Source of the DNA: a virus | DNA: 64,000 nt | IMG/VR virus record: IMGVR_UViG_3300042453_004886 | Location: 32,001-96,000 of that record | Reading direction: 5' to 3' (one strand) | Shown: in pieces, positions 45,326-53,848 of the stretch | How positions within the stretch are numbered: the stretch's first letter is position 1 | Layout of the letters: every line of letters begins with the position of its first letter | Position numbers and translations under genes: made by a program | The notes under the pieces: generated by a model | Told to the model about the DNA's origin: nothing | Database searches by the model: none | What the model saw: the letters and a program-made list of their open reading frames with translations, nothing else

Positions 45326-46576
45326 CTACTTGAACACTGCAAACTCCCTAATATTAGAAGATCCAAAAGAAATGTAGTGATCCGTAATAATATATAAATT
45401 ACCATTACTTGGATCAACCAAGTCAATATTTTTTACAACGGAACCAGCATTTGGATGTCCTACCCCGTAAACAAGTTTTGACATAGAACTATTCCAAGCA
45501 ACAGGTATCCAGCTGGATGTATCACTTGTGTCTAATAGCTTATTTGTCAACTTAGCCCCCGGACCAGGAATTTTATTAATAACAGTCCCGTCATACTTAA
45601 TTATACTACTAGATGTCTTATTAAAGTATACTGGAATATTTCCATTTTGTAGTATTCCAATAGGTAAAATATCTAATCTAATAAATGCTCTGTCAGAGTT
45701 TTTATCTTTAAGTGCATCTACTGAAAGAGGTTCCCTTGTTTTAGGGTCAACTAGCCTGTTGGTTGTTTTATCCCAAGTTACAGAAACTCCGGAAGGAGTA
45801 TTTAAAATAACAACTCCATAGCCCGTAACCAAAACATCATGTTTTTCAAGGTAAAAAACAGGAGCTCCGTCAGCCTGTAGCGATCCAATAATGGGGTCTT
45901 TACCACGAACCCCCTGATCCACTCGCCATTCTCTTAATGGGTAGTAGTGAACCTGCCACATCAACTCTGCAGTGTGAATAATCAGGCTACTTCCCGCATC
46001 CCAGTTTGTCGTAGGAAAATTACACCAAGTTACAAAAGAACTTTTTACCCACCCGTTAAGATTAAATAAATCAGTAGAAAGAATTAGTCTTACATATTCA
46101 ACATACTTTCTAAGCATACTTTCAGCATCGTTTGTTTCAAACGACTGCACAGAGGTTGTTGTTCCAAAAACATTGGATGGGTCACCTATAATTGTTGAGC
46201 TTTGCGGTAAAGTTCTCAGGCTGTAAGACAAAAAATCGAGTCTTATTTTAATATTTGCAGTTGCAGTATCTATAGCATTTCTTGGCTTTGTAGGGTCAGA
46301 ACCCATGAGACCATAAGGCTTAAAACTTATAGAAGTATTGGTAGATTCAGGAGTTGGCCTACTTGTTCCTTCATAGTTAAACGGGTAAACAGATAAAGTA
46401 AGGCCCGACTCTTTTAGTTCAACCCCATTAAAGTTTCTGTACTTCTTTACCTTAAGCGGAGCTCCGTTGTAGTTAATACCCGCTCCGCCGTTTAGTAGCT
46501 CATGCTTTGCAAGCTGAACAATGGTCGTTTCAATGATGTCATCTATTGTGGTGGGTACGCCAAATTGACGAATCAT
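45326..46576 (-). CDS. putative tail terminator/neck protein with C-terminal duplicated module
   Basis: Position between adaptor and sheath; terminator-like N-terminal ~220 aa. Confidence 0.55.
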   Translation of the reverse strand: MIRQFGVPTTIDDIIETTIVQLAKHELLNGGAGINYNGAPLKVKKYRNFNGVELKESGLTLSVYPFNYEGTSRPTPESTNTSISFKPYGLMGSDPTKPRNAIDTATANIKIRLDFLSYSLRTLPQSSTIIGDPSNVFGTTTSVQSFETNDAESMLRKYVEYVRLILSTDLFNLNGWVKSSFVTWCNFPTTNWDAGSSLIIHTAELMWQVHYYPLREWRVDQGVRGKDPIIGSLQADGAPVFYLEKHDVLVTGYGVVILNTPSGVSVTWDKTTNRLVDPKTREPLSVDALKDKNSDRAFIRLDILPIGILQNGNIPVYFNKTSSSIIKYDGTVINKIPGPGAKLTNKLLDTSDTSSWIPVAWNSSMSKLVYGVGHPNAGSVVKNIDLVDPSNGNLYIITDHYISFGSSNIREFAVFK

Positions 46577-46577
46577 A

Positions 46578-48245
46578 CTACATACCCGTATCCAGCATGC
46601 GCTTGATCTTGTTTAGACCATCTTTCATCTGGGTAGAAGGATTGCCTTGCACGGCACTTGCGCCCCCAAGTGTAGAAGACTCAAGGTGAACTGTTTCTAG
46701 CCTTTCTAGGGCAATTCCAGATATAAGTACCGAGTCCTTTGAGGTGTTAAAGTTAGCAAATGCTTGGGTTAGTCTCAAATCCTTCTGAACAACTGCACTT
46801 TCAAGACCATCAGGCATTTCAGTTATTTCAAATAGAAATGTAACTTCAGTCTCGGCATCGGAAGTGTACCCGACAAAATCAAGCGCGGGTGTATAAACTT
46901 CTGTCTTTTCTGGGCCTACAAACACCTTTAGAGTAGGTATAACAGAAGCAAGAACGTTGTTCAAAGGACTTCTTCTGGTAACTTCTCCGATATTCTTTGC
47001 AACGTTTTCTACCAAGTTTAAAGCAGTCCAGCCCTCTTGAACTACGACTGTAAACTCACCTTTTGATGCAGATCCAAGATAAATTTTGTATTTTAAAACG
47101 TTACTGTTAACAACACTGCTTCCGTCTTTTTTATTACTCAAAGAGGCTCGACCAGAAGCAAGCTTGAAAGCCAACAAATCTGTTGACATGTGACATCCAT
47201 TGGTGGTTATTGGTAAATTAAAAGAACAGTTTTTAATGTTAGCAAATATAGTTGGATTGGCATCTGATGAAAGATCAAGATAGTTAGGACCATAACCAAA
47301 CAGAAGCCCAGCTACGCCAGGTTTCAGAGTAGTCCCATCCAAGTGAACTAAAGATGCTCCAATAAAAGAAACCGGCCTTGATGAAGAGTTTCTTGGTTGA
47401 AACTCAGACTCAACAACAGAAGCTGTGAAATTTACAGTAATATCTTTACTGTTGTGAACGATAGATTTAGATAAAGACTGGGCAGGCTTTAACTTATCTA
47501 TAGTTATGACTTCTGTAGCTGATCTTGTTCTATTACTGTCATTAGCACTTTGATCGGAAGGGCTGATCCAAGCAACTCGAGATCCATAGCTTTGAACCGT
47601 GAGCAGAGAAAGCTTTCTCATAATTGTAGAGGGACTATCCCCTATTGAAACGGGGATATTAAGCTTTTCACCGTCAATGTAAACAAAAAGATTTCCAGCT
47701 TGAGTCGCGCCTGTTACTGTTTCTGCAGTTGATTTTACTGGGTCAACTTTATTTAAATCTATATCCAAAGCCATTGCTAAAGTTTTGTCATCAAGGTGGC
47801 TATCAATTACCGTAGCTTGAATAGCACTAACAACGCCGCCTAAAACAGGACTTCTGATGAAGTTTTCAAGATCATCAAGAGCTTGCTTTTCAAGAAGCTT
47901 GGCGTAATCGCGCTGAGCATCGATCTGAGCAGCCAGCTGAGAGGTCATCATGGCACAGGCTAGCTTTGCAACAATTTGCCTGATACCTGTTGTAACGACG
48001 TCTACAGAAAGAACCTGCTCAAGTAAAATTTCTGCAGCTCTTTGAACACCAGGGTTAGAAAGATCTGTAATCTTACCGTAAAAAACATTTCTTCCAAGAG
48101 TATCAGTGGCAGTTAAAAGTCTGAACTTTACTCTTGGAAAAGCATGATTTGTAATATATGGGAGAACAGAGTCATCCCCTACATTTGAAAGAATGACGTT
48201 CAGGTTTTTAACCATCGATATTGTAGTGGCATCTGTAAATTCCAT
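46578..48245 (-). CDS. head-tail adaptor-like protein (Mu gp36-like N terminus) with long extension
   Basis: IRQIVAKLACAMM...YAKLLEKQALDDLENF adaptor pattern; follows the capsid genes. Confidence 0.55.
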   Translation of the reverse strand: MEFTDATTISMVKNLNVILSNVGDDSVLPYITNHAFPRVKFRLLTATDTLGRNVFYGKITDLSNPGVQRAAEILLEQVLSVDVVTTGIRQIVAKLACAMMTSQLAAQIDAQRDYAKLLEKQALDDLENFIRSPVLGGVVSAIQATVIDSHLDDKTLAMALDIDLNKVDPVKSTAETVTGATQAGNLFVYIDGEKLNIPVSIGDSPSTIMRKLSLLTVQSYGSRVAWISPSDQSANDSNRTRSATEVITIDKLKPAQSLSKSIVHNSKDITVNFTASVVESEFQPRNSSSRPVSFIGASLVHLDGTTLKPGVAGLLFGYGPNYLDLSSDANPTIFANIKNCSFNLPITTNGCHMSTDLLAFKLASGRASLSNKKDGSSVVNSNVLKYKIYLGSASKGEFTVVVQEGWTALNLVENVAKNIGEVTRRSPLNNVLASVIPTLKVFVGPEKTEVYTPALDFVGYTSDAETEVTFLFEITEMPDGLESAVVQKDLRLTQAFANFNTSKDSVLISGIALERLETVHLESSTLGGASAVQGNPSTQMKDGLNKIKRMLDTGM

Positions 48246-48258
48246 GGTTACCTACCTG

Positions 48259-48311
48259 AATAAAAGACCAGCCGAGAGATAGCATGCCTTTCGGCAGAGG
48301 CCCGGCTGGTC
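48259..48311 (-). terminator. structured terminator closing the capsid gene cluster
   Basis: Minus strand GACCAGCCG...TGCC-GAAA-GGCA...CGGCTGGTC followed by TTTTATT. Confidence 0.75.
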
Positions 48312-48320
48312 GTCATAGTT

Positions 48321-48689
48321 TTACTGCTTTCTGGCGCGAGGCTTTGCTGGAGCAGCCTCGGAAGAAACAGATTCTTCAGCAGCTGCCTCTTCTTCAGCAA
48401 CTACGGGCTCTTCCTTGGGCGCTGACTTTGACACTACCTTGGCTTCAACTTGAAGCTTTGACAGTTCAAGAGCAAGAGTCTCAAGAGAAAAGTTTACAGG
48501 GCTAAAGTGAGGAAAGCCCGATCCAGAAAAAGCCTGGAAATTTGAGTGAGCGTACGCAATGCCACCGCGCATAGCAAGGAGCTTTTCAGCGAGTACTGCG
48601 TCTTCAACAGAAACAAGATCGCCAACCATCAAGTGCTGACCAAGATCAGCATTGTGGTGAGCATGTCGTGTCAATAAAACAAACGTCAT
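48321..48689 (-). CDS. hypothetical head-associated protein
   Basis: 122 aa downstream of the decoration gene, with an acidic/Ala/Pro tail and basic end. Confidence 0.6.
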   Translation of the reverse strand: MTFVLLTRHAHHNADLGQHLMVGDLVSVEDAVLAEKLLAMRGGIAYAHSNFQAFSGSGFPHFSPVNFSLETLALELSKLQVEAKVVSKSAPKEEPVVAEEEAAAEESVSSEAAPAKPRARKQ

Positions 48690-48710
48690 AAAAAGCTCCT
48701 TGCTTGCGAA

Positions 48711-49238
48711 CTATCGAACGCGGTGGGCGCGGATAGGATCAACAGCAGTCAACACACCGCCTACAACCTTGAGAGTTGCAAGCTTGAGTGAACGACCCTT
48801 GTAAAAATCGCTATCAGGAACAGCTGCAGCCATCTTGAAAGCACCTGCGGCTACACCAGCCTCAGGAACGCCAGCGGCAACCACATCCTCAGCGTCGCGA
48901 GCAACATCCATGGCCACACCAGCGGCGGCAACAAGACCACCGACCTTCAGCTCAACACCGGTGGTAAGTTCACCAGTAAGAACAGGGTGAGCATAGAGGT
49001 GATAGTGACCATCAGCAAGACCTGAAACATCAAGCTCAGCATCCGTGTTGGCAACAAGATCACCAAGAACAAAATCAAGTGAACGAACGTGAAAGTTGCC
49101 AATAGCTTCCTTCAGGCGAACAATGCCCTTGGATACAGCAACCTTACCGGCAGCCTTCTTGTAGGCAAGAACGCCTTCAACAATACCGGGCTCTGCAAAG
49201 CGAGAATCGAGAGCCCCCCAAGCTTCATTAAATCCCAT
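48711..49238 (-). CDS. putative head decoration protein
   Basis: Ala/Val/Gly-rich 175 aa directly after the MCP, AAGGAG RBS, same C-ending codon style as the MCP. Confidence 0.6.
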   Translation of the reverse strand: MGFNEAWGALDSRFAEPGIVEGVLAYKKAAGKVAVSKGIVRLKEAIGNFHVRSLDFVLGDLVANTDAELDVSGLADGHYHLYAHPVLTGELTTGVELKVGGLVAAAGVAMDVARDAEDVVAAGVPEAGVAAGAFKMAAAVPDSDFYKGRSLKLATLKVVGGVLTAVDPIRAHRVR

Positions 49239-49261
49239 GATTTAAATACTCCTTTTAAGTT

Positions 49262-49281
49262 GGGGGAAGTTTCCTTCCCCC
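49262..49281 (-). other. GAAA-tetraloop hairpin between MCP and decoration gene, no U-tract
   Basis: Minus strand GGGGGAAG-GAAA-CTTCCCCC followed by AACTTAAAAGGAG. Confidence 0.7.
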
Positions 49282-49301
49282 GCCTCAACTCCTAAACCAA
49301 G

Positions 49302-50468
49302 TTAGGCAATAATGGTAGGGCCACCGATCTTGTTCTCAACTGCAGCAGCGCTGGCGGCTACGGTCATGATACCAATCCAATCGGGATACATGACGTAGGG
49401 AAGGCCGCAGTTACCAATCTGGACAGAGCGCCCAGGAGCCTGAGGAGGCGTGGTGTCGGGGCCAGAACGGCTCCAGAGACCAGGCTTACCATCTGGTGCT
49501 TCGCCAGGAGCAAATACAGTACGGCCAATGCTAAGGCCGGACTGCATCTGGTGATTCTTGGCCACAACAGCAATCTTGTGCTGGGGCCAGATCTTGTGGC
49601 GACCGACTGAACCGCTGAGAGCGCCACCGGTGCCGGTGATGAGGCCGTCATCAACGATCATGTCGAAGGTGAGAACTTCAAGACCAGCAATGGCCTTGAT
49701 TTCGCCGTTCTCCCAGGTGACGTGACCGGTGACGTTGCCAGCACCGCTGCCTTCGAGGTAGGCGCGAATCTTGGGATGGCTCTCGAGCATGGCCTTGAGG
49801 TCAGAGGTCATGATGATGCTGGTAGGAGGGGTCTTGGCAAGGTTCATCATGCGGCGACGCATCTTGATGATGTCAACAATGGGATTGGCATCGTCATCGG
49901 TCCAAACCTTGGAGCCATCGCCAGCCTGGAAACCGGGAGTTGTACCGACGGTAACCAGATTCTGTGAAGGAATACCAGTGTTAACGTTAATCTTCATGCC
50001 GGTGCGAGGGTCGGTGTAGTTAATGCTACCGAGAAGGCACTGGGCGCGAAGCATGGTCCAGAGCATGTTCTGACGAGCAACAAGCTGCTGCATGCGGTCG
50101 GCCACGATACGCATACCGTTGGCTTCGTTCATGCTACCAGGCTCACGCAGGTTGTTGATGACATCTTGAGGGAGGAAGTCTGACTCACGGATGTACACCG
50201 GGTAGACAGACATGCGCTCGACGCGGGTCGAGGGCTGGAGGGCGTCTGGACGACCGGGCTCAACAATAGGTGCAAACCCGAGATCCATGGTAACGCGCTC
50301 AATTACGATGGTGCGATCCATCGTGTACTGAGCAGGGAAAAACTGGGCAAGAGGATCACCAGAAAACTGCTCGAACTTCTTTGCGAGCATGGTTAACTGG
50401 GTACCACCCAGAGCTAGAATATCGACTGAGCCTGCCTGAGACCAGTCATTAGCAAAAGGCGCTGGCAT
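49302..50468 (-). CDS. major capsid protein (phage capsid protein E-like, HK97 fold)
   Basis: 388 aa after the protease/scaffold; FFP, APIVEPG, YIRES, MRAQCLLGSI, WTDDDANPIVDI and IIMTS pattern; strong RBS. Confidence 0.9.
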   Translation of the reverse strand: MPAPFANDWSQAGSVDILALGGTQLTMLAKKFEQFSGDPLAQFFPAQYTMDRTIVIERVTMDLGFAPIVEPGRPDALQPSTRVERMSVYPVYIRESDFLPQDVINNLREPGSMNEANGMRIVADRMQQLVARQNMLWTMLRAQCLLGSINYTDPRTGMKINVNTGIPSQNLVTVGTTPGFQAGDGSKVWTDDDANPIVDIIKMRRRMMNLAKTPPTSIIMTSDLKAMLESHPKIRAYLEGSGAGNVTGHVTWENGEIKAIAGLEVLTFDMIVDDGLITGTGGALSGSVGRHKIWPQHKIAVVAKNHQMQSGLSIGRTVFAPGEAPDGKPGLWSRSGPDTTPPQAPGRSVQIGNCGLPYVMYPDWIGIMTVAASAAAVENKIGGPTIIA

Positions 50469-50497
50469 ACGGTTACTCTCCTTTTACTGGGCTCAGC

Positions 50498-50986
50498 CTA
50501 CTGGCCCATGCGCTCCTTAAGAATGGTTTCGTAAGCAAACGAGTTGCTGCTTACGTCGCCGCTGCTCAAAACCTGCTTGTTGCCGACCTGAGCAAAGTTG
50601 ACACGATTTTCGGCGGGAAGCTTGGCAAGCAGGTCGAGTACGACATCTGCAAGAGCGGCTTCGTTACCGTTCATCGAGAGCTTCTGGTTCACACCAGCAG
50701 TCTTGATGGCTGCAAGGGCTTCGTCCACAAGAACAGGGGGCACGCCCTCTGCCTTGAGTGCTTCAGCCTTCTGACTAAGCTTGAGTTCAGCAGCTTCCGT
50801 AGCTGAAACAGCAACCTCAGCAGCCATGTTTGAAAGCTGCTCGGTGGCTGAATCAAGCTTGACGCGGGTCTCGTCAAGCTTTGACTGAAGACCTGCCTTC
50901 TCCGCTTCAAGTGCGGAGACCGTCTGACTGAACTTTTGCTCAAGCTCGGCCATGCGAGCCAGGAGCTGTTCATTCATTTCTGGCAT
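50498..50986 (-). CDS. putative nested short scaffold, 162 aa, in-frame internal start
   Basis: GAGGAGGG 7 nt upstream of in-frame ATG 50986 (codon 384), at the start of the coiled coil. Confidence 0.6.
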   Translation of the reverse strand: MPEMNEQLLARMAELEQKFSQTVSALEAEKAGLQSKLDETRVKLDSATEQLSNMAAEVAVSATEAAELKLSQKAEALKAEGVPPVLVDEALAAIKTAGVNQKLSMNGNEAALADVVLDLLAKLPAENRVNFAQVGNKQVLSSGDVSSNSFAYETILKERMGQ

Positions 50987-51625
50987 CGATGTACCCTCCT
51001 CTTGGGTCTTTACTGCCGAGGGGGTCTCCACCCCTGCAGCATGGGAACTCAGCTGTTCTGAAGGAGCAGCTGAACGGGGCTCAGAGCCCTGACTTAAAAA
51101 AGCGACGTGAGCAACAGAACCTGCGGGTTGAAGCGGAGGCATTGCTCGGAACTGACGGGTTTCTCCACCATTTTCATTGGACATGGCCATCTGAACCTGG
51201 TTAGCAGAAAGATTGCCAAGGTCTTCGCCCTTGACACGCTGACCGTTCTTGTAAAGTGCGCTAGGTGCAGCAGCACTTGCGGTATACTTGCCCTCTGACT
51301 TGCAGCCACATTCGCTCATGGGCTTTTCGCAGTCTGGGCACATGGCATCAGAAGCCATCTTCTCTTCTGCCATGCCGGCTTTTGCAGACATCTTCTCCAT
51401 GTCGGCTTTTGAAGACATCTCTTCCTCTTCAGGCATATCTGCCTTCATGGCGTAAGCTTCTTCTTTCTTCATGGGTACTCCGTTGTTGTAAACCATACTC
51501 TTTGACATAGGGGAGGCAGTCAGCTGCTGCTCCTGCTCCTCCTTGGCAATCGAGAAGAAATTTAGAAGCTTATCAATTCCTGTTGAAAGCTTCTGGAGAA
51601 CTGATGTAGTTTCTTCCTGAGACAT
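50498..51625 (-). CDS. putative nested long scaffold, 375 aa, in-frame internal start
   Basis: AAAGGGAG 6 nt upstream of in-frame ATG 51625 (codon 171), right after the protease domain. Confidence 0.55.
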   Translation of the reverse strand: MSQEETTSVLQKLSTGIDKLLNFFSIAKEEQEQQLTASPMSKSMVYNNGVPMKKEEAYAMKADMPEEEEMSSKADMEKMSAKAGMAEEKMASDAMCPDCEKPMSECGCKSEGKYTASAAAPSALYKNGQRVKGEDLGNLSANQVQMAMSNENGGETRQFRAMPPLQPAGSVAHVAFLSQGSEPRSAAPSEQLSSHAAGVETPSAVKTQEEGTSMPEMNEQLLARMAELEQKFSQTVSALEAEKAGLQSKLDETRVKLDSATEQLSNMAAEVAVSATEAAELKLSQKAEALKAEGVPPVLVDEALAAIKTAGVNQKLSMNGNEAALADVVLDLLAKLPAENRVNFAQVGNKQVLSSGDVSSNSFAYETILKERMGQ

Positions 51626-52135
51626 GTCATGCTCCCTTTGATTTAAGACAAAGAAATGAATATCCTCAGGATTCTCACTTAGTACTTGATTCTGAGGAAG
51701 CCCCGGAACAAAAGGCGCATTGGTCAAAGCAACAGCGGTCAACAAAGTACCAATGTTGCCTCGACCAATTTGCTTGGAGTGTGCATTGCGGGTAAGCTCT
51801 GCACTGGAATAACGATACTTGCCTTCTCTAATTTCTTTTACAACTGTGGGATCAACTGCTTCGAACTGCCCGTAAAGAATTTCGCCTTCTTGAACAATAT
51901 TCTTTAAAAAAGCAGTGGCAGGTTCGCCATCAGTAGCACCAGGATAACGAGAGTGGCCATATCTAAGATAGGGCTCAAATCCAGCTTCATTGTTAGAAAA
52001 GTTTCTTTTGATCTCATTAAAGTCATCTTGGGTAAAAACAACGTACTTGTACACTGGGTGCTCCCAGGCGCCCAGCTTTGCTATTGGAATTTGTAGTGTA
52101 TTCGCTAATGTAATATTATACGAGTCCACTATCAC
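50498..52135 (-). CDS. prohead protease/scaffold (Mu protein I-like)
   Basis: GAWEHPVY, YGHS, YRYSSAEL and LTAVALTNAPFVPGL; acidic coiled-coil C terminus. Confidence 0.85.
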   Translation of the reverse strand: MIVDSYNITLANTLQIPIAKLGAWEHPVYKYVVFTQDDFNEIKRNFSNNEAGFEPYLRYGHSRYPGATDGEPATAFLKNIVQEGEILYGQFEAVDPTVVKEIREGKYRYSSAELTRNAHSKQIGRGNIGTLLTAVALTNAPFVPGLPQNQVLSENPEDIHFFVLNQREHDMSQEETTSVLQKLSTGIDKLLNFFSIAKEEQEQQLTASPMSKSMVYNNGVPMKKEEAYAMKADMPEEEEMSSKADMEKMSAKAGMAEEKMASDAMCPDCEKPMSECGCKSEGKYTASAAAPSALYKNGQRVKGEDLGNLSANQVQMAMSNENGGETRQFRAMPPLQPAGSVAHVAFLSQGSEPRSAAPSEQLSSHAAGVETPSAVKTQEEGTSMPEMNEQLLARMAELEQKFSQTVSALEAEKAGLQSKLDETRVKLDSATEQLSNMAAEVAVSATEAAELKLSQKAEALKAEGVPPVLVDEALAAIKTAGVNQKLSMNGNEAALADVVLDLLAKLPAENRVNFAQVGNKQVLSSGDVSSNSFAYETILKERMGQ

Positions 52136-52182
52136 TCACAACTTTCAGTAAACAAGACCTTTAACTTTGAACACTTAATATA

Positions 52183-52211
52183 ACTCTAGCAGATAAAATA
52201 GTATTTGTAAA
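52183..52211 (-). promoter_or_regulatory. sigma70-type promoter for the protease-capsid cluster
   Basis: TTTACA-17 nt-TAGAGT with TGn extended -10, about 48 nt upstream of the start. Confidence 0.6.
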
Positions 52212-52280
52212 AATAATAAAATAAAAAACTTTAATTACAGCTACTAAAATTTTATGCTGTAAGTAGAAACCTTGCAAGCT

Positions 52281-52844
52281 CTACTCACCCTTATTGAGCA
52301 TCTTATTATAAATTCTAGCAATAAATTGACTAAGTGGAAACTTTTGTTTGAAATCTGTGGGCTCTTGTTCTGAAACAACAGACTCTTCAAACTGGATGTG
52401 AGGAACAACAGGCTCCTCGGGCTGTACCAATTCTTTGATTCTTTGCTTCTCGCTTTTACCTGCTGCTATAAGCTGCCTGGAAAGCTCTTTTTCAAGCTCA
52501 TTGAGAAGCTTGGCACTGATTGCCTTGGCTTCCTTTTTGTTGCTTGCAGCGGCAAATACACCGTTTGCAATGATAGAGGCAACAGACTTCAAGTTAGGAT
52601 TATCTTCGCTAAGCTCTGAAAGCTGACTGCTCAGGTTCTGAAGAACAGCAGGAGCAGATTGACTGATGACAGGATTCGAGCTTGATCTTGCTTGAACCTG
52701 TAAAATATCAATCTGCCGTTTCAAGGGTCTTGCCACAAAGCCAATAAAAAAAGAAACCAGCACAGTTGCGGTGAGTTCTACAGGATCAATTCCAAGTGCT
52801 TTAAAAACACCAAGAATAAGCGGTAAAGCGTGATCCAAACTCAT
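52281..52844 (-). CDS. membrane-anchored protein, possible holin-like
   Basis: Hydrophobic N terminus (LILGVFKALG, ATVLVSFFIGFVA) then a soluble helical region. Confidence 0.45.
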   Translation of the reverse strand: MSLDHALPLILGVFKALGIDPVELTATVLVSFFIGFVARPLKRQIDILQVQARSSSNPVISQSAPAVLQNLSSQLSELSEDNPNLKSVASIIANGVFAAASNKKEAKAISAKLLNELEKELSRQLIAAGKSEKQRIKELVQPEEPVVPHIQFEESVVSEQEPTDFKQKFPLSQFIARIYNKMLNKGE

Positions 52845-52853
52845 TTCATTCCT

Positions 52854-53330
52854 CTACTTTTCACCCAGCTTGGGGATTTGAACACCTACTCCTGGAGCAA
52901 TATGTAGCTGCTGGGTTTGCTTGGTTGTATTTACCCATACTTGCTGAACAGAAAGCTCTACAAGAGTGAGCAGCAAGGCCTGAAGCAAACCAAACGTGAC
53001 AAGATGTTTCCAGCTCAAATTAAACTGTCTCTTCTCGTTGAAAAAAGACTTGGCAACCTGAATAACGTCGTGGTTATCTGTATTGCTTTTCTTAAGATCT
53101 TCTAGTTCTTTCTTGATGACGTGTAGCTCATTTTCGTGGACAATAGCCCATGTCTTTAAACCACCTCTTCCGTCACCGTTTCCGTTTATCGTCTTCAAAA
53201 GATAATCAAGCGCATTTTTCATGTCGTCTTGGCGATCTTCAAGATTTTCAGTCAATTGAAGAACGCGCTCAAGTTGCCTGCCGTGTTCTATCGCCATCTG
53301 GAGAAGAGCATTATACGGGGGGCTATCCAT
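52854..53330 (-). CDS. coiled-coil protein with C-terminal TM segment (XhlA/holin-like)
   Basis: Coiled coil, NGNG linker, then HLVTFGLLQALLLTLVEL. Confidence 0.5.
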   Translation of the reverse strand: MDSPPYNALLQMAIEHGRQLERVLQLTENLEDRQDDMKNALDYLLKTINGNGDGRGGLKTWAIVHENELHVIKKELEDLKKSNTDNHDVIQVAKSFFNEKRQFNLSWKHLVTFGLLQALLLTLVELSVQQVWVNTTKQTQQLHIAPGVGVQIPKLGEK

Positions 53331-53519
53331 TTAACCCTCTCCTTCTAGACCTAAATCCTCTGAAAGTATAGGTCCTTCAATCTTGACCTTCTTTGATCGC
53401 TTTCTGCGGGTTCTAGGTAACATCTCGTTGATCTTTTTTGATAGCACTTCAAGCTGAGACTCAGCGTGCTTTAAAAGCTCTTCTACCTCTTCAGGAGATA
53501 GGTTTTTCTCAGAAGCCAT
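53331..53519 (-). CDS. hypothetical protein
   Basis: 62 aa with GGAGGAGG RBS; short coiled coil plus RTRRKRSKK basic patch. Confidence 0.6.
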   Translation of the reverse strand: MASEKNLSPEEVEELLKHAESQLEVLSKKINEMLPRTRRKRSKKVKIEGPILSEDLGLEGEG

Positions 53520-53846
53520 TTACCCTCCTCCAAGGCTAGGAGTGATGTTTACCTTCATCTCAGATATGGTCTGTGTTCTTCCGTCGGAAAGAATCAACTC
53601 AAGCTCTGCATCCAGATTTAGCTCTGAAAAATCTGTATCTCCAAGTTGCCAATAAAACTCGCATCGGCCTTCTCTTGGAGATCCAATAACAACGCATGCA
53701 CGCCTTAAAAGAATTTCTCCAGTATCTTTTCTTCCAATTACAAAATTTAAAACTTTATTTGTCAGGTCAAAAGTTGTACCGTTTGCTTTAAGGCTAAAGC
53801 GTATAGTTGGTAGAGTTCTGTACTGTTTTATTTCTATTGTGACCAT
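53520..53846 (-). CDS. BppU N-terminal-like beta-sandwich protein
   Basis: LPTIRFSL..NG..FDLT, GRCEFYW..GDT, AELEL..SDG..QT pattern. Confidence 0.7.
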   Translation of the reverse strand: MVTIEIKQYRTLPTIRFSLKANGTTFDLTNKVLNFVIGRKDTGEILLRRACVVIGSPREGRCEFYWQLGDTDFSELNLDAELELILSDGRTQTISEMKVNITPSLGGG

Positions 53847-53848
53847 GC

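Noticed and set aside
45295-45330. Hairpin between the terminator-like gene and the sheath
   Set aside because: GGG and CCC ends do not extend into a consistent stem.
49364-51510. Several 60-100 aa ORFs overlapping MCP and protease
   Set aside because: Expected by-products of biased codon use in GC-rich genes that lack off-frame stops.
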